61,605 nucleotides of DNA, filler included, from Sanchytrium tribonematis (GCA_018985235.1; 8 parts of 8 records of this genome joined end to end with filler, not necessarily neighbours in it); one strand, 5' to 3'. Shown: positions 1-12,354, counted from the first letter of the whole stretch. The notes: generated from the sequence alone by a model not told the origin. Made by a program: numbers and translations.

Positions 1-2
1 GC

Positions 3-3000
3 GTAATACAAAAAGAACTGAATGATCTGGCATCAACTAGGTATGTTAAATCAACAACCCAGGTCAAAAAGGGTGGGCAGAAACATATTGAAACAAGAGA
101 TACTGCAAACCCTGCTATGATGAGGTTTTTCAAATCCTGTCTGATCGACGAAAAGTCAGTTAATGTGGAAACCGTCAAAATTGCTAAAAAATTCAGGGAC
201 GACGTCATATGGGACAATTGCAAGTATCCCTTCAGAAGATCAGGAATGTATATGTGCCTAAAAGTTGTTCTTCACTTACTGTTGGTCCGTGACTTGGGTG
301 AACCGGATGGCAATATTTTATATAAATTACTGATTCTAAAGTTTCATCTCCATGTATTTGACTCTAGCAAAATCGATATCAACTTACAAATAGAATTACT
401 GAATAAAATTGGAAAGAGAATTCATAAATTGGAAACTTTAATATCTCAAAAATCTAGCACCAATTTGAAGCAATTGGTTGACAAAGAATTAAATTTAATT
501 GAAACCTATATAAAGGCAACACAAGAAAAAATTGAAACCATTTGGGAAATCATTGTATCTCAAGACTCTATTTCGTATATTGCACCGAAAGCAGTGGAAG
601 ATTCGGATTTGAGATATTATTTCAATGTCAAGCTACAGGGTGACTCAAAACCAGCTCAAAGTATGCAAATTTTTGCAGAATATTATCAAAGGCATGAAGA
701 AGCTACTTTTTTTGACAAATCAATACTAGTTAATGCATGTTCTATAGTCACAAAGACCGCTGCCTTGTATGACTTTGAAAATTGGCTTTTAATGCATGCT
801 GAGAAGTTCATTACAATAGAGCATAGTGGAGCATTTTTTGATCTATTCACATCATATACTTCACTCATTCAATTTTATGATGGTGATCCACTTTCAGTAA
901 GTCGCAGCATCCTTCATCAAATTCAATTGATATGTATTTTAGATAAGATTGCGTTATTGGAAGTTGACATTTACCAAGATCATAGTTTAGATATTAACGC
1001 TAAAATAATTGACAATTTACTATTGCAAACCAAAAATGAATTTGAATTGGCATTTGCTCTGCAAAAATATATCCAAAATCGTAGAAAAGCTAAGTTTGGC
1101 GGTCTTTTTGATAAAATAACTAAAACCTCAATTGGTCCTCGCCACGTTGCTAAGTATCCAAAAATTTATCAGGAAATTTTGGATAGCTTTAATCAATTTG
1201 ATGAGAATATGATAGAGCGAAAAAAGATCGAAGTTAAGAGCGCGTTAGAGGAGTGTAAAAAATTGAATGCTCAGGTGAATGAATTGGAATGCAGTTATGT
1301 ACACAGAGGTGAAAATCTTGTACATGACCGATATTGTTATAGATGCCAACTTTCTGAGAGATATGAAAACTGGGAAGTCTTGATTTACGAAAAATGCTTA
1401 ACAGCAAACGATACTCTTAATCGAGCAGTACTGTTTGAATGTGCTCTACCCTCATCAATTGGGTGTCTAAGAGATGCTCTTTACCTATTTAATTTGAGCA
1501 TTGGTTCTATAACTGTTGAAGACACAAAATTTTACGGAACATGGTTGAAATATCTTGAAAAAGAACAAAGCTCTAAACATATTATAGCTCTTGGTAGTAC
1601 TTTGAAACTAGTCAGTCAATCTCATTACAAATCACTGCATCCTTCTGTTCCTTTTGAAAAATTTATTTCATTTTGTGGATACAATACAATTTGGTCCAAC
1701 GGGTTCGCCTCTCTCAACTTTGAATTGAATGAATTCCAACTAAATAATCGATTTAAAATAGAATCTCCATACAATGTGCTGAGCTTTTGTTTTGAAAGTA
1801 CGGATTATTCTCAAAATCAGGTCATTGCTCTGCAATCCGAATGTCCTCAAAATTGTCTTTTACAAGAATTTTTAGCATTTGGGTCATTAAGATGTGGACA
1901 CAGATTGCTTTGGTATAATTTGTGCAGGTATTTGGATGAGCTGGATTTATCACATAATTCTGTTCTGCACCTTTTAATAGCAACCCTTTACACAGCCGGG
2001 GAAAGTTCCAATACTTGGCTTAGGGATTCACATATGCCTTTAGGCAAGGCTGCATTTGTGTCTGACCTGCTTCACCTTTTGAAAGAACACATTAATAATA
2101 TCCAGGAAAGCTGGAAGGAATATAGAAGATTAATTTGCTTCATATTCATTTTAAGACGAGTTGCTTTTCTTCAACCTATTGCAATTCAACTTTTGAAAAT
2201 GATTCGGGATATTTTGTATTCATGGATCGACCTCGTTTCTAATACCATTGAGAAAACATCGTCAAAGAAGGAGCTGCAAATACTCTTAATAGATTTAAAT
2301 GCAGCTTGCTGCTTGACTTTTGGATTTGAGCCCCTGACATTTGAAGACAAAGTGAGTTGGTTGTTAAGAGTTGTAAATATTAACGAATTGTCATTACTTA
2401 CGAGCCACCGACTTTCCAACATTTATGGAAACATAATTTGGCGCCTAGGATTTCAATTACTTGAACATTTCAACGACGAAATCGCGCTAAGGAAATTTAT
2501 TTCTTTGCACTATATGGAAACAACCTGCAAATTAGAGAAAATTCAACTGAATACATTTATTCTAGAATCAGGAAAATATCAGATAGATCCTATTTCTGGG
2601 TCATTTTTAGTTAACGGTTCTCCAATTGGTTTTTTAGCGAGTAGGTTTACAGACCATGAAAATTACAAATATTTATTTCAGACAAAATCACTAGAAGTGA
2701 GGCCTTATGACAATGGTTTTATTACCTCACAAAAGCTGAATGGACGATTATATAGCTTCACAATGGATCCAGACTTGAAAATTGAAGAATTGTTTGATGA
2801 ACGCTTATATTTATTTATTCCTATTTTGAACTTCAAGTCTCTGCCTTTTGAGCTATTAGACAAGCGAGCCTGGTATGATTATAATAACTGCATAGAATTC
2901 AGGAATGTAAAAAACGAAGTTACCTACATTTTCAATTTAGATGAATTTATTTACAATTCGTTTCATCAAAGATTAATTATGCGAAATGCTGTAGTATATG

Positions 3001-6000
3001 AGCAGGTTATGACATTTTTTACCAAAATAGAGCTGTCACAACATATACGCGTATATTTTGATGATGTTCTTAAAGTGTTTTTACCTAGATACAAGCTGCA
3101 TTTCGAGTGGCGAAATAACCATTACTTTTGCACCGAGCTTAAAATGAAAGTGAGCACATTTAAATTAGATACTCTGGTGGGACTTGATTCTAAAATCGTT
3201 TTAGAATCTGAGTATGGGGATTTTAGCTTAATTGTTCCACACGGTTTGTTGAAATTCCAAAAAATGCCAAATCATTCCAATATTCATGTCGACTTGGAAA
3301 ATGTATTTGAGCCAATCTATTTTAAGTATGAAATCGATAGCATTCTCTGCAGGCTAATTCCTGGTCAAAATCAAGCATCCTGGTTATATTTGGCATATCT
3401 TCATGGCGTATCTACTCATTCTCTACCTGATCCTTTTACGGGATTTACCGGATTTGAATCCGCGTTATGTATTTTGCAGAGGGGCAATTGCTGGTCCTGC
3501 AAGCCTTACTCTACGCACTGTCAGACCCTATTAGGTTTAATTGCACAGCTTTCTCCTACCAGATCTTACTATCCAGAACATCTTCAAGTTATGCAAAAGA
3601 TCAAGTGGGGAGAATTGCATGATATTGCTTACCAAGATGATTATCATGTTTTGGTTTCGAAGCTCATACAAAATAGCACCAATTTGTCTTTTTTATTTCA
3701 GGATGTTAGCTCAAACTTACCGACAAACGAAATAAGTCTCTTGCATAGAAGCGTGGCTCGTTATGGTTATAGCAGAAATGAATTTGGAAAATATAATTAT
3801 AAGCCGCTTTTTTCTAAACCTATCGAACTCAAAATTGAAATAGACCCTCGAGTCTCTACGTTATCAATTTGTGTTAGAAAAAATGCCATCGCTGAATTTA
3901 CTCCTGATTTAGATTTTTTAAAAAGAATTAAAAATCTTCCGTCAAATCATTTTGATAACCAATTGTTTGACAAATCATGGTTTGAAATTTATAAAATGGC
4001 AAAGTCGGGAATAGATATGGAAAATTGGGTATTTTTACTATCTAGATATCATGCAATCAATGATGTTGAAATTTACAAATTAATGCTTCTCCAAGCTGTA
4101 CATTGTTTTGAAACTAAATTTCCTCAGATACCGCAAATCCAAGAGTTTTTTGACACTGGCGAAAATTGTATTCAGTCAGATAAGATAGACAGCATAGTTC
4201 GAAAACATTTGTTTCCTTTTGACAAATTTTGTAAGCAAAACAATCATTTAATGTCCAAAAATGAGAAATATTATAAGTATCAATCACGAATGATGAATAT
4301 TTACAACGATCGAGTTAACAAGTCCATTCAACATATTTGCGAAACTTTGCAATCGTTTTGGCCAACAACACCAAAATTTGAAGACTTCAATGTAGATCAG
4401 CTCGTTTATTTTAATGCTGCCTTTTCATCTATAGAAGCGGCATGCCTAAAATGGAAGAATAATCTAGAGCTTCATCAGTTTTTAGAAAATGTGGTGAGTT
4501 CGTGTATTAAATTGCCAATTGTCCAGATCACTCTACCTAGTATAACGACATATAATGTCGCAAAAATGAAAGCTCCCTTCTCTGTAAGGCTTACTCCTGA
4601 AAATTCAATTGTTAGAGATTCCACCAACTTTGACTACTTAAGTCTGTTCAATACTGGAAAGATTGAAACAGATTCGCCGTCGTTTTTTTCTCATCGCTTT
4701 CCTGAATACGTTAAATGCCCTTTTGTGACGGCTTCAAATCCAATTTATGATTACATGATCAGTCAAGTCAGTGAAAGTTGGGCTAGCTATATGAAATACC
4801 AGATGACAGACCATTTTGATAGACAAAAATTTAAGGATTTTCAAGCCAAATATCAAAATTATTTTCAGCAAAAAGTGGACAGCTTTTTTCGCGAGATTCA
4901 ATCTCAACAAATTTATCATTATGCAATGGTTAATTTTTTAGGACGTTGTACTCCGATATCCATTTTGTCCAAACTTAATGAAAATACTCCCTTGATTGGT
5001 GCATATGCTGTCTCTTTAACGTATTACCAACAAACACTGCGGTGCCTTAAATATGAAAAAGCCAATATGATTCAGCATATTGCTAAAGAATCCCAATTTA
5101 TGTTTCCCCCCAAAAGCTATCCACAATGGGTACTTTTGCAGCTAGAAATGAACGTTATGTTTAGGGAACATCAAGTAACACTTGCTTTGAATCTCAAAGA
5201 TGTTATGCAGCTGCAGATGGGAGAGGGAAAAACTAGCTGTGTTCTTCCTATGATTTCCACTGTAAAATCCAAGAAAATGTGCCAGATTGTAGTGTTGAAG
5301 TCTCTTTACAACTTGAATTATGATTTGCTGAAATTCAAATTGGGAGGCTATTTGTCAAGCGTAAATGTTTATACATTTCCTTATCACAGAAACCTTCAAT
5401 TGGATGAAACGAAATTAAATAAGCTATTTCTAGCCTACAAAAGTTGCATTGAAAATCAACATATTTCAGTTACAATGACGGAATATTTGCAAAGTTTTCA
5501 TTTAAAATGTATTGAAACGAGTTGGAAGCAGGATGATTTGGGATTGAAATATTTAAAGTTGTCGAAATTTTTAAAGGAAAATTCCAAAAATATCCTAGAT
5601 GAATCAGATGAAATTCTCCATTATAAGCACCAACTCGTTTACACTTTAGGAGGTCAGCGTCCAATAGACGGAGGAGCTTTGAGATATCAAATTATTGAAA
5701 AAGTCTTAACAGCATTGTATGAGGAAGGATTTTTTACGATTCATTTAAAATATAGTGACGCTAAGACATTCGCAAAAATACTTCTTGACAAAATAATATT
5801 AAAAAATTACATTGTTTTACCTGATATGGACCCGGCAAAGATGGAAGCGTTTGTTCTGGACTCAACTTGTTCATTGAGTTACACCAATGAGGTACTTTTG
5901 ACACTAAGGGGACTATTTGCTTATGATATACTTTATCATGCATTACAAAAAAGATTCCGAGTTAATTTTGGAGTAGATACTGCTTTTCGTGGCATGGCCA

Positions 6001-8057
6001 TTCCTTTCAAAGCAAAAGACACTCCAACAGAGCAAACAGAGTTTGGCCACTGCGACATGGCAATTGTTTTGACCTGCTTAGCGTGGTATCAGTATGGACT
6101 CAATGACAAGCAACTCGCTCAAGTGTTTGAGTTATTGGAAAAACTTCCAAATGGTACTCAGTTGTATCAAACATGGGTTGGAAAACCGTTCACCTTGAAT
6201 TTTATGGACGAGTACTCAAAAGATATTGCATTTAGTGATGCCAGATTTAATATGCACGTAATCCATTTTTATTTAAACACTTACGTTTTTCCAAAAGAAT
6301 TAAAACATTTTCCTTATTTACTAGTCAGCACTGGATGGGATTTATATAATATCAGTGGATTTAGTGGTACAAATGATACTGAATTATTACTCCCCAACAT
6401 AAAGCAAAATAATTTGCCATTTTTAAAGCATACAAACGGTCAGGTTCTAGTCAATATACTGAAAAATGATAAATATTTTAGTGGGATGCCTATAGTTGAT
6501 ATCTTGGTGAGTAACGGTGTTCAATTATTAATTGATTGTGGGGCATCCTTTGTAACACTAAGCAATCGAGAAGTGGCTTTACAATGGCTCTTAAGAACAA
6601 CATTTAAAGTTTGCTTATATTTTCATAATGATAGACTTATGACCATTGACCGCTATGAGTACATTGAAGAATATGAGACCAGTGCGTTTAAAAATAACTT
6701 GCAATCTTGTTTGATATATTTAGATGATCATCACACCAGAGGTGTTGATTTGTTGCTACCTGTAAAATTTAAAGGCGCTGTGACTATTAGCCAGGATATG
6801 ACAAAAGACAAATTCTGCCAAAGTTGTATGCGAATGAGATTGCTTGGTGATACCCATGAACTTATATTTATAGCAAATGATAAGGCAAATGTAGAAATTG
6901 AGAGGATTTGCAGTAAGTTGACTGAAAACAAAGTTTTGGGAATACTCTACTTTGTATTCGAAAATACGATTAATCAGATTCAAAACAATTTCCTAAATTG
7001 GGCTCAAGCCGGCCTGTATCATTATTACAAGGAAATTGTTTATGATTATTTTATTAAAAAGGGCAAGATAAAATTGTTTGGAGAAATGTGCTTAGTTCCA
7101 GAGAACACTGATTTGGAATGTTATAAATTCACAAGAGAATTGCAAAAAATTCCTGTGATTGTTGAAACAGTATTTCAGAGCTTTTGTAACAAATTGCAAC
7201 CTTTTGGTCTTGTAAAATCATACACTGTCATGTGCAAACAAATACTCGATCATTGTCAAAAGTTTGTTTTTGATGCTGAAAATTTCAAGCAATTATTTAA
7301 CGACGAACAACAGCGCGAATTGGAAAACGAAGTAGAAATCGAGAGCCAAAATTATAGACCGGCTGCTGCAATCGAAAGCGTGGAAGAACATACCGATAAC
7401 CGGCTTATAAGATTTATACGAACTGGAGAAAATAGATTGGACACCTTTTTTAAAGTATTCCCTGATATATGCAAAGGCGAAACTAATTTACATATGACTA
7501 CTAATTTTGCAAATACAGTCAAAGAAGATGGTCTTGATTATATCAGGATGCCAGTTTGGATCATTCATTACCGTAGTAATTTGGTTATGATATCTCCATT
7601 TGAGGCAAATCAGGTCATTCACATGTTTGAAAATCATCCAACAATGGAAATAATGATTTACCACCCTAAAAATACACAAACATCCAGCACCTTATTGGAC
7701 AAAGTCGGATTTTCAATTGGTCTAAAGCATGAAATTGAAGTTTTTTCGTATATGCAATTATTTTTGTTTTCAGGTGCCTTGTATTTTCAAAGTGGATTTG
7801 AGGAATCCAAATATTTAGAGATGATTGGTTATGTTGCAAGGCCTCGTAATGAAAAAGAGGATGCAGCTTTTAAGAAGGGTTTGATCATAGATGGATTCTT
7901 GAATTCAAGCCACCACTCTGATTTTGGATATAATGACTGCATATTTACTAAAAACCCTAGGGATTTTCTTTTGAGTTTGCTTGATGTTAGAAATAGACAC
8001 TATTCAGATGACTGTCATGTTATGAGAGCTTTAAATAGTTGTAAAACATTTCAGTAA
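3..8057 (+). CDS. Giant DUF3638/DUF3645-type protein (helicase-like P-loop C-terminal half); 5'-partial
   Basis: The frame is open from position 3. Motifs WVLLQLEMNVMFREHQ, MQLQMGEGKTS, ILDESDEIL and MAIPFKAKDTPTEQTEFGHCDMAIVLTCL match what I know of this large fungal family. Confidence 0.8.
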   Translation, partial: VIQKELNDLASTRYVKSTTQVKKGGQKHIETRDTANPAMMRFFKSCLIDEKSVNVETVKIAKKFRDDVIWDNCKYPFRRSGMYMCLKVVLHLLLVRDLGEPDGNILYKLLILKFHLHVFDSSKIDINLQIELLNKIGKRIHKLETLISQKSSTNLKQLVDKELNLIETYIKATQEKIETIWEIIVSQDSISYIAPKAVEDSDLRYYFNVKLQGDSKPAQSMQIFAEYYQRHEEATFFDKSILVNACSIVTKTAALYDFENWLLMHAEKFITIEHSGAFFDLFTSYTSLIQFYDGDPLSVSRSILHQIQLICILDKIALLEVDIYQDHSLDINAKIIDNLLLQTKNEFELAFALQKYIQNRRKAKFGGLFDKITKTSIGPRHVAKYPKIYQEILDSFNQFDENMIERKKIEVKSALEECKKLNAQVNELECSYVHRGENLVHDRYCYRCQLSERYENWEVLIYEKCLTANDTLNRAVLFECALPSSIGCLRDALYLFNLSIGSITVEDTKFYGTWLKYLEKEQSSKHIIALGSTLKLVSQSHYKSLHPSVPFEKFISFCGYNTIWSNGFASLNFELNEFQLNNRFKIESPYNVLSFCFESTDYSQNQVIALQSECPQNCLLQEFLAFGSLRCGHRLLWYNLCRYLDELDLSHNSVLHLLIATLYTAGESSNTWLRDSHMPLGKAAFVSDLLHLLKEHINNIQESWKEYRRLICFIFILRRVAFLQPIAIQLLKMIRDILYSWIDLVSNTIEKTSSKKELQILLIDLNAACCLTFGFEPLTFEDKVSWLLRVVNINELSLLTSHRLSNIYGNIIWRLGFQLLEHFNDEIALRKFISLHYMETTCKLEKIQLNTFILESGKYQIDPISGSFLVNGSPIGFLASRFTDHENYKYLFQTKSLEVRPYDNGFITSQKLNGRLYSFTMDPDLKIEELFDERLYLFIPILNFKSLPFELLDKRAWYDYNNCIEFRNVKNEVTYIFNLDEFIYNSFHQRLIMRNAVVYEQVMTFFTKIELSQHIRVYFDDVLKVFLPRYKLHFEWRNNHYFCTELKMKVSTFKLDTLVGLDSKIVLESEYGDFSLIVPHGLLKFQKMPNHSNIHVDLENVFEPIYFKYEIDSILCRLIPGQNQASWLYLAYLHGVSTHSLPDPFTGFTGFESALCILQRGNCWSCKPYSTHCQTLLGLIAQLSPTRSYYPEHLQVMQKIKWGELHDIAYQDDYHVLVSKLIQNSTNLSFLFQDVSSNLPTNEISLLHRSVARYGYSRNEFGKYNYKPLFSKPIELKIEIDPRVSTLSICVRKNAIAEFTPDLDFLKRIKNLPSNHFDNQLFDKSWFEIYKMAKSGIDMENWVFLLSRYHAINDVEIYKLMLLQAVHCFETKFPQIPQIQEFFDTGENCIQSDKIDSIVRKHLFPFDKFCKQNNHLMSKNEKYYKYQSRMMNIYNDRVNKSIQHICETLQSFWPTTPKFEDFNVDQLVYFNAAFSSIEAACLKWKNNLELHQFLENVVSSCIKLPIVQITLPSITTYNVAKMKAPFSVRLTPENSIVRDSTNFDYLSLFNTGKIETDSPSFFSHRFPEYVKCPFVTASNPIYDYMISQVSESWASYMKYQMTDHFDRQKFKDFQAKYQNYFQQKVDSFFREIQSQQIYHYAMVNFLGRCTPISILSKLNENTPLIGAYAVSLTYYQQTLRCLKYEKANMIQHIAKESQFMFPPKSYPQWVLLQLEMNVMFREHQVTLALNLKDVMQLQMGEGKTSCVLPMISTVKSKKMCQIVVLKSLYNLNYDLLKFKLGGYLSSVNVYTFPYHRNLQLDETKLNKLFLAYKSCIENQHISVTMTEYLQSFHLKCIETSWKQDDLGLKYLKLSKFLKENSKNILDESDEILHYKHQLVYTLGGQRPIDGGALRYQIIEKVLTALYEEGFFTIHLKYSDAKTFAKILLDKIILKNYIVLPDMDPAKMEAFVLDSTCSLSYTNEVLLTLRGLFAYDILYHALQKRFRVNFGVDTAFRGMAIPFKAKDTPTEQTEFGHCDMAIVLTCLAWYQYGLNDKQLAQVFELLEKLPNGTQLYQTWVGKPFTLNFMDEYSKDIAFSDARFNMHVIHFYLNTYVFPKELKHFPYLLVSTGWDLYNISGFSGTNDTELLLPNIKQNNLPFLKHTNGQVLVNILKNDKYFSGMPIVDILVSNGVQLLIDCGASFVTLSNREVALQWLLRTTFKVCLYFHNDRLMTIDRYEYIEEYETSAFKNNLQSCLIYLDDHHTRGVDLLLPVKFKGAVTISQDMTKDKFCQSCMRMRLLGDTHELIFIANDKANVEIERICSKLTENKVLGILYFVFENTINQIQNNFLNWAQAGLYHYYKEIVYDYFIKKGKIKLFGEMCLVPENTDLECYKFTRELQKIPVIVETVFQSFCNKLQPFGLVKSYTVMCKQILDHCQKFVFDAENFKQLFNDEQQRELENEVEIESQNYRPAAAIESVEEHTDNRLIRFIRTGENRLDTFFKVFPDICKGETNLHMTTNFANTVKEDGLDYIRMPVWIIHYRSNLVMISPFEANQVIHMFENHPTMEIMIYHPKNTQTSSTLLDKVGFSIGLKHEIEVFSYMQLFLFSGALYFQSGFEESKYLEMIGYVARPRNEKEDAAFKKGLIIDGFLNSSHHSDFGYNDCIFTKNPRDFLLSLLDVRNRHYSDDCHVMRALNSCKTFQ

Positions 8058-8062
8058 ACGAT

Positions 8063-8923
8063 TTAGAACGGAAGCGGGAAATCTTTTTGGCCCATTCTTG
8101 CATAATTTGCACCCATTTTCGCCATTTGATCTGCTTTTTCGTTACCGTAATGGCCAACATGTGCTTTAATTTTTGTAACAATAAATTGACCATCATGCCG
8201 ATGTAGCAATTTTAATAATTCTATCCAGTGATCTCTATTTTTAAGGTCTTGTGGTAATTCCTCAAACTCTCCATTTTCAATCAATTTTTTCCAATTAGAG
8301 ATACCCTGAATAACATAATTGCTATCTGTGTATATAGTACAATTGTCCTTATTCTGAAGTATTCTTAGTGCAAAAATAATAGCCTTAATTTCAGCAATAT
8401 TATTTGTTCCTTTTAATTCTCCTCCAATATAATTTCTTTTATCATCTTTCCCAAAATAGCAAGCATATCCGATAAAGTTGCCACCGACATTATCTAAACA
8501 AGATCCGTCCGTATAAATTTCAATAGAATCATTAGAGACAGCATGAATTGGAATCGAACCAACGTAATCGATTGCGTCTTGCTTTGATTTGAACGATTTA
8601 AATTGAGCACAAGGAAAACCTTTAACTAAAGGCTCCACGTCTTCCCAGTTCTCAAATACACCTGTGGAATGTCCTACACGAACCCCATAATATTTCCTTT
8701 TGTTTTTCTTCGCAAGTTTAGCTGAATCTGCGTTTAGAGTTGCAACAGGAACTCTTGTGTCAAAATCAGGAAGCTTCTGTCGTAAATATTGAATAGCTTC
8801 ATCTTGGGAATGAAATTTTTTAATAAATGCATTGCTGAATCCGGAAGTTTGCTTTTTCACATCATCGTAGTGTTTATACAGACCCGGATTATGACCTCTA
8901 ACAACAGCATAAAAAAACTTCAT
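8063..8923 (-). CDS. RNH1: Ribonuclease H1 with two N-terminal hybrid-binding (Cauli_VI) repeats
   Basis: Repeats FYAVVRGHNPGLY and YYGVRVGHSTGVF; catalytic motifs IYTDGSC, TNNIAE, YTDSNY and KIKAHVGHYGNEKAD. Confidence 0.93.
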   Translation of the reverse strand: MKFFYAVVRGHNPGLYKHYDDVKKQTSGFSNAFIKKFHSQDEAIQYLRQKLPDFDTRVPVATLNADSAKLAKKNKRKYYGVRVGHSTGVFENWEDVEPLVKGFPCAQFKSFKSKQDAIDYVGSIPIHAVSNDSIEIYTDGSCLDNVGGNFIGYACYFGKDDKRNYIGGELKGTNNIAEIKAIIFALRILQNKDNCTIYTDSNYVIQGISNWKKLIENGEFEELPQDLKNRDHWIELLKLLHRHDGQFIVTKIKAHVGHYGNEKADQMAKMGANYARMGQKDFPLPF

Positions 8924-9044
8924 CAAATCAGTAAACTTTGAAATTGTTTCTCCCTAACAGTGGGAAAATTAATTCACTGTTGAGATGATATCAATGTAGC
9001 ATCATGTATTTATTTTTGTATCATTGACAGTCATTCCTATATAT

Positions 9045-9965
9045 TCAGAATTTTATGACACTTTCAATCCTTAAACTAAAAGGATCCCTAATTATACAAG
9101 AATTCGAGTTTCTTTCTAGTAATTGATTATTTACAAGATCATAATAATCTAAAGCGCAACTCATTTGTGACTTTAGTCTGAATTCCCGAAAAGAGTAGTA
9201 AGAAGCATGCGTCACAGCAATTAAATCATTTTGATTTGAAATTAGTTTTGCAGTTGCGGGAAGGGTATAAATGTTTTTGCTATTCAAATTTAGCGAATCA
9301 TAATAAATCAAGGACCCGTTTCTTTGTGAGGTCACAAATCCGCTTTTGTAATTAATCATGTGTAATATATCTGATGTCTGACGCAATTTTTTTATATATT
9401 TTCGATTTTTGTAAATAAGTAGGGCCTTTTCGCTAGATATATAAACAAAGCCATCAACCTTTACAAAGGTGAAAGCAGAACCTTTTCTTAGTTTACAAAC
9501 AAGAGATGTCGATACGAAACATTCTTTAACAATAATTTCTAATATTTCGCCTGGAGTTCTGGCTGATCCTAGTAAGCTTATAGTATAATGATTTTCTGAT
9601 TCCTGAGTTACGCATGTAATGACAGATTTGAACTTTTTTACGTAAAATTTTCCATTGTCAAATTTAAAGAACAATTTTTCTCTTTCAGCGTACACAAGGA
9701 AATGCTGCTCAACAAAATACTTGGAAATTTTTTTAGTGCTCAAAAGTTCTTTCTCTTCATTCGAGCAAAATATGTCACAGTTCAAGTTTAAATTTCTGTC
9801 AAAAATTTCACGTTTTTTGACAAATTGAAAAATTAAACTCTCCAATCGAATATTTGTGTTTTCAACTAGAGTGGAATGTGTTGTAATTGATTTTCTTTTG
9901 TGCTCCTCTGTCTCTCTGTAGTATCGATTGGATTCCACATCAAAGTAAAATCCCGGAATCTCCAT
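9045..9965 (-). CDS. Divergent DCAF4/WDR21-like beta-propeller protein
   Basis: The N-terminal EIPGFYFDVESNRYYR resembles the DCAF4-family N-terminal motif; the rest is beta-rich and divergent. Confidence 0.55.
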   Translation of the reverse strand: MEIPGFYFDVESNRYYRETEEHKRKSITTHSTLVENTNIRLESLIFQFVKKREIFDRNLNLNCDIFCSNEEKELLSTKKISKYFVEQHFLVYAEREKLFFKFDNGKFYVKKFKSVITCVTQESENHYTISLLGSARTPGEILEIIVKECFVSTSLVCKLRKGSAFTFVKVDGFVYISSEKALLIYKNRKYIKKLRQTSDILHMINYKSGFVTSQRNGSLIYYDSLNLNSKNIYTLPATAKLISNQNDLIAVTHASYYSFREFRLKSQMSCALDYYDLVNNQLLERNSNSCIIRDPFSLRIESVIKF

Positions 9966-10003
9966 AATTTTGGAAAATTTGCGGTTTCACAAACTTGTAC
10001 TCA

Positions 10004-12239
10004 CTACAAATTTATTAAAGTACTCACTGTGTAGCATTTGAGAGGAATAAATATAACGCAGGAATAGGATTTAGTGGGGATGACACTGGTTGATAATTTT
10101 GTTAAATACTGACTATTTTGTTGCGAATAAAAGTTTACATCTTTATAAGCCTCTTCAATGGAAGATTTGAAGATTCGCATTATATCGAAACTTCTTTTGT
10201 GAGTAAATTTCTTAGTTTCCCTATTGTGAAATATCATATCCTCCACATCGCATATGTTTTTGCGCTTCAGTATTTCCAATGCTGATTTTCCAGAAATTGG
10301 TAGCTTGTCAAAGAATTCGATCGCATTTTGTAATGGCATCGCGTTCTCGAGTATAAGGTGACAAAAATGATTCACAAAAGAAAAGAATTGTGCGGTAATG
10401 TCGAGTGGTACATTAATTTTAAGTTTTTTGGTCGAGTTACAACAACATTTTTGACAATGAAATCCGGATGCTTTTTGTTTGCAACAATATTCGTGAACCC
10501 AGGAGTGGCACGAAAAACACTCTACAATGCTACTATCCTAGATAAACTGAATTTACCATTGAGACTTTACAAGGACAACAAATTAGAGATTCTGAATCTT
10601 GGTTATTTTCTTCCTCTCCAAAAACTTCGGCCTCAACTTTTGCAGGGTCGCAAGTCTCAACAACTAATCGATCCGAAGATGATTCGCCTTTGATCTCAGG
10701 CCCAACTTCGACGGGTATATCATTGTTTGTTGATTCTGAAATTGCTTTAGAACTATTTCTTGAATCTGAATGCGATTCTTGGCTGGTTTTAGAAATTTGA
10801 CTCTCGGCTATAAAGGAACAATCAGGACCAGTTATCTCATTTGTGGAATGCACAATATGGTCCAGAATTTCTTCAGCTTGAGGTTTCTCTTGGAACAAAG
10901 AGACAATATCATTTTTAAAGCATGTATCAGCTGCAATTTCAGAAATTTCAGCGTGTTCTTCTGTTGTTACTTCTGGGAATAATTTACAATCCTCAGTTTC
11001 GCCGTCATTAACGATGCATGTGGAGGTGCTACCATGACTAACATTATGACATTTAGGTCTCTTGTTGTCGATTATTGCCGTGTCAGCATTTTCGGGAAGA
11101 TTATCATTGGGTGCCGGGGAAATATACTTGGCTTCAACAGGCGTATTGCAATTCAAGGCCACCTCAGAAATGAATGGTGCAAGAGCCGCAACTTCGCTAC
11201 TAGGATTCCCCTCCACCATCTCAGTTTGCAATGGTTCAGTACAGGGTTGCGAAGAGTGCTGCAAAAAGACTTCTAGTAAATTTGATTTTTGAACACTCAA
11301 TTCTTGAGAATTTTTACAGTTTTGATTAGAAATATTTTCTTCTTCTTTGAAACAGATTTGCGAAGATTGTGCTTTGAATGGTTTGTAAAAATCAAGCATT
11401 TCTACCTGAGTAAATTCGCTTCCAGCAGTACTGGCAGCATATGTTTTCATTTTGTCAAAACTGCAGCTTGAATCTGATTCAGACTCATGTCTCAATTCCG
11501 CATTTTTATCTTCTTTACAGGATTCATCTTGAGGTTTTAAAATTTCGACGAGTTCAGTATTTTCCACTATAATGGAATTTGTGCTTTTCTTTTTTAAAGG
11601 CGAGCTGGGTTCTGTTTCGGAGGAGCGACTTTCAACACATTCTACTCTTTCATTGTTGGCTTTTAGTCTAGATTTTTCGGAATATTTTTCAGGCAACTTC
11701 TTTAGGGATATAGGAGTATTGAATATCGAAGGGCGCTCGGATTTAAAAAGGTCTTTTTTAAACTTATTGATAACAACAGGAGACATGACTATTTTGCTTG
11801 GTCTTTTCATTGATGCAATCGCCTTAAAGCAAATGTCGGGCTTTGATCGTTTTCTAGTATTCTTGAGTAATTTTGATTTTCCTAATGTTTTGAAGCTGTG
11901 CCTAAACTTTTTTTCCACTTTCACAATATCCAGTGCTTTGTCTTGTTTGTTCCATGGCAAGTTAACTTTTACTTCACAATCTGTCATACAATCTGATAAC
12001 AAATTAAGATCTCCGTCAGTCAAGAATTCTTTCAAACTGTAATCTACAGGACCGTTGATGAAATACTTCTCCCATGCATCCTTGTTTTCGAAAATTTTAC
12101 ATAAATCTTCTTTGCAAATTTTGGTTGACTGATTTCCATCCAGAAGATACAGGCAATCATCGAGAAGCTCAATTTCCAATTTTTGTGCTTCATTTTTAAA
12201 TACCAATTTAAATGGCTTATAATTCTTTTGTCGAAACAT
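10004..12239 (-). CDS. PHD-finger protein; exons 12239-10557 and 10537-10004
   Basis: Splicing the 19-nt intron joins two ORFs and rebuilds a C4HC3 finger: CCPCKVSM|DSSIVECFSCHSWVHEYCCKQKASGFHCQKC. Confidence 0.75.
10538..10556 (-). other. 19-nt spliceosomal intron GTAAATTCAGTTTATCTAG
   Basis: GT..AG ends; removal restores the frame and the PHD finger. Confidence 0.88.
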
Positions 12240-12354
12240 TTTTGGTTTCAAACTGATCAGTTGACCAAGTTGTTTGTTCAATATAAAATCAATTTCTTTA
12301 AGCCCTTAAAGTGCCGAATTTGAAATGGAAAGGATCAATTACCATACAAAGGAG

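Noticed and set aside
8063..8923. RNase H as a retroelement remnant
   Set aside because: Two N-terminal hybrid-binding domains and no nearby RT, integrase or LTR indicate cellular RNase H1.
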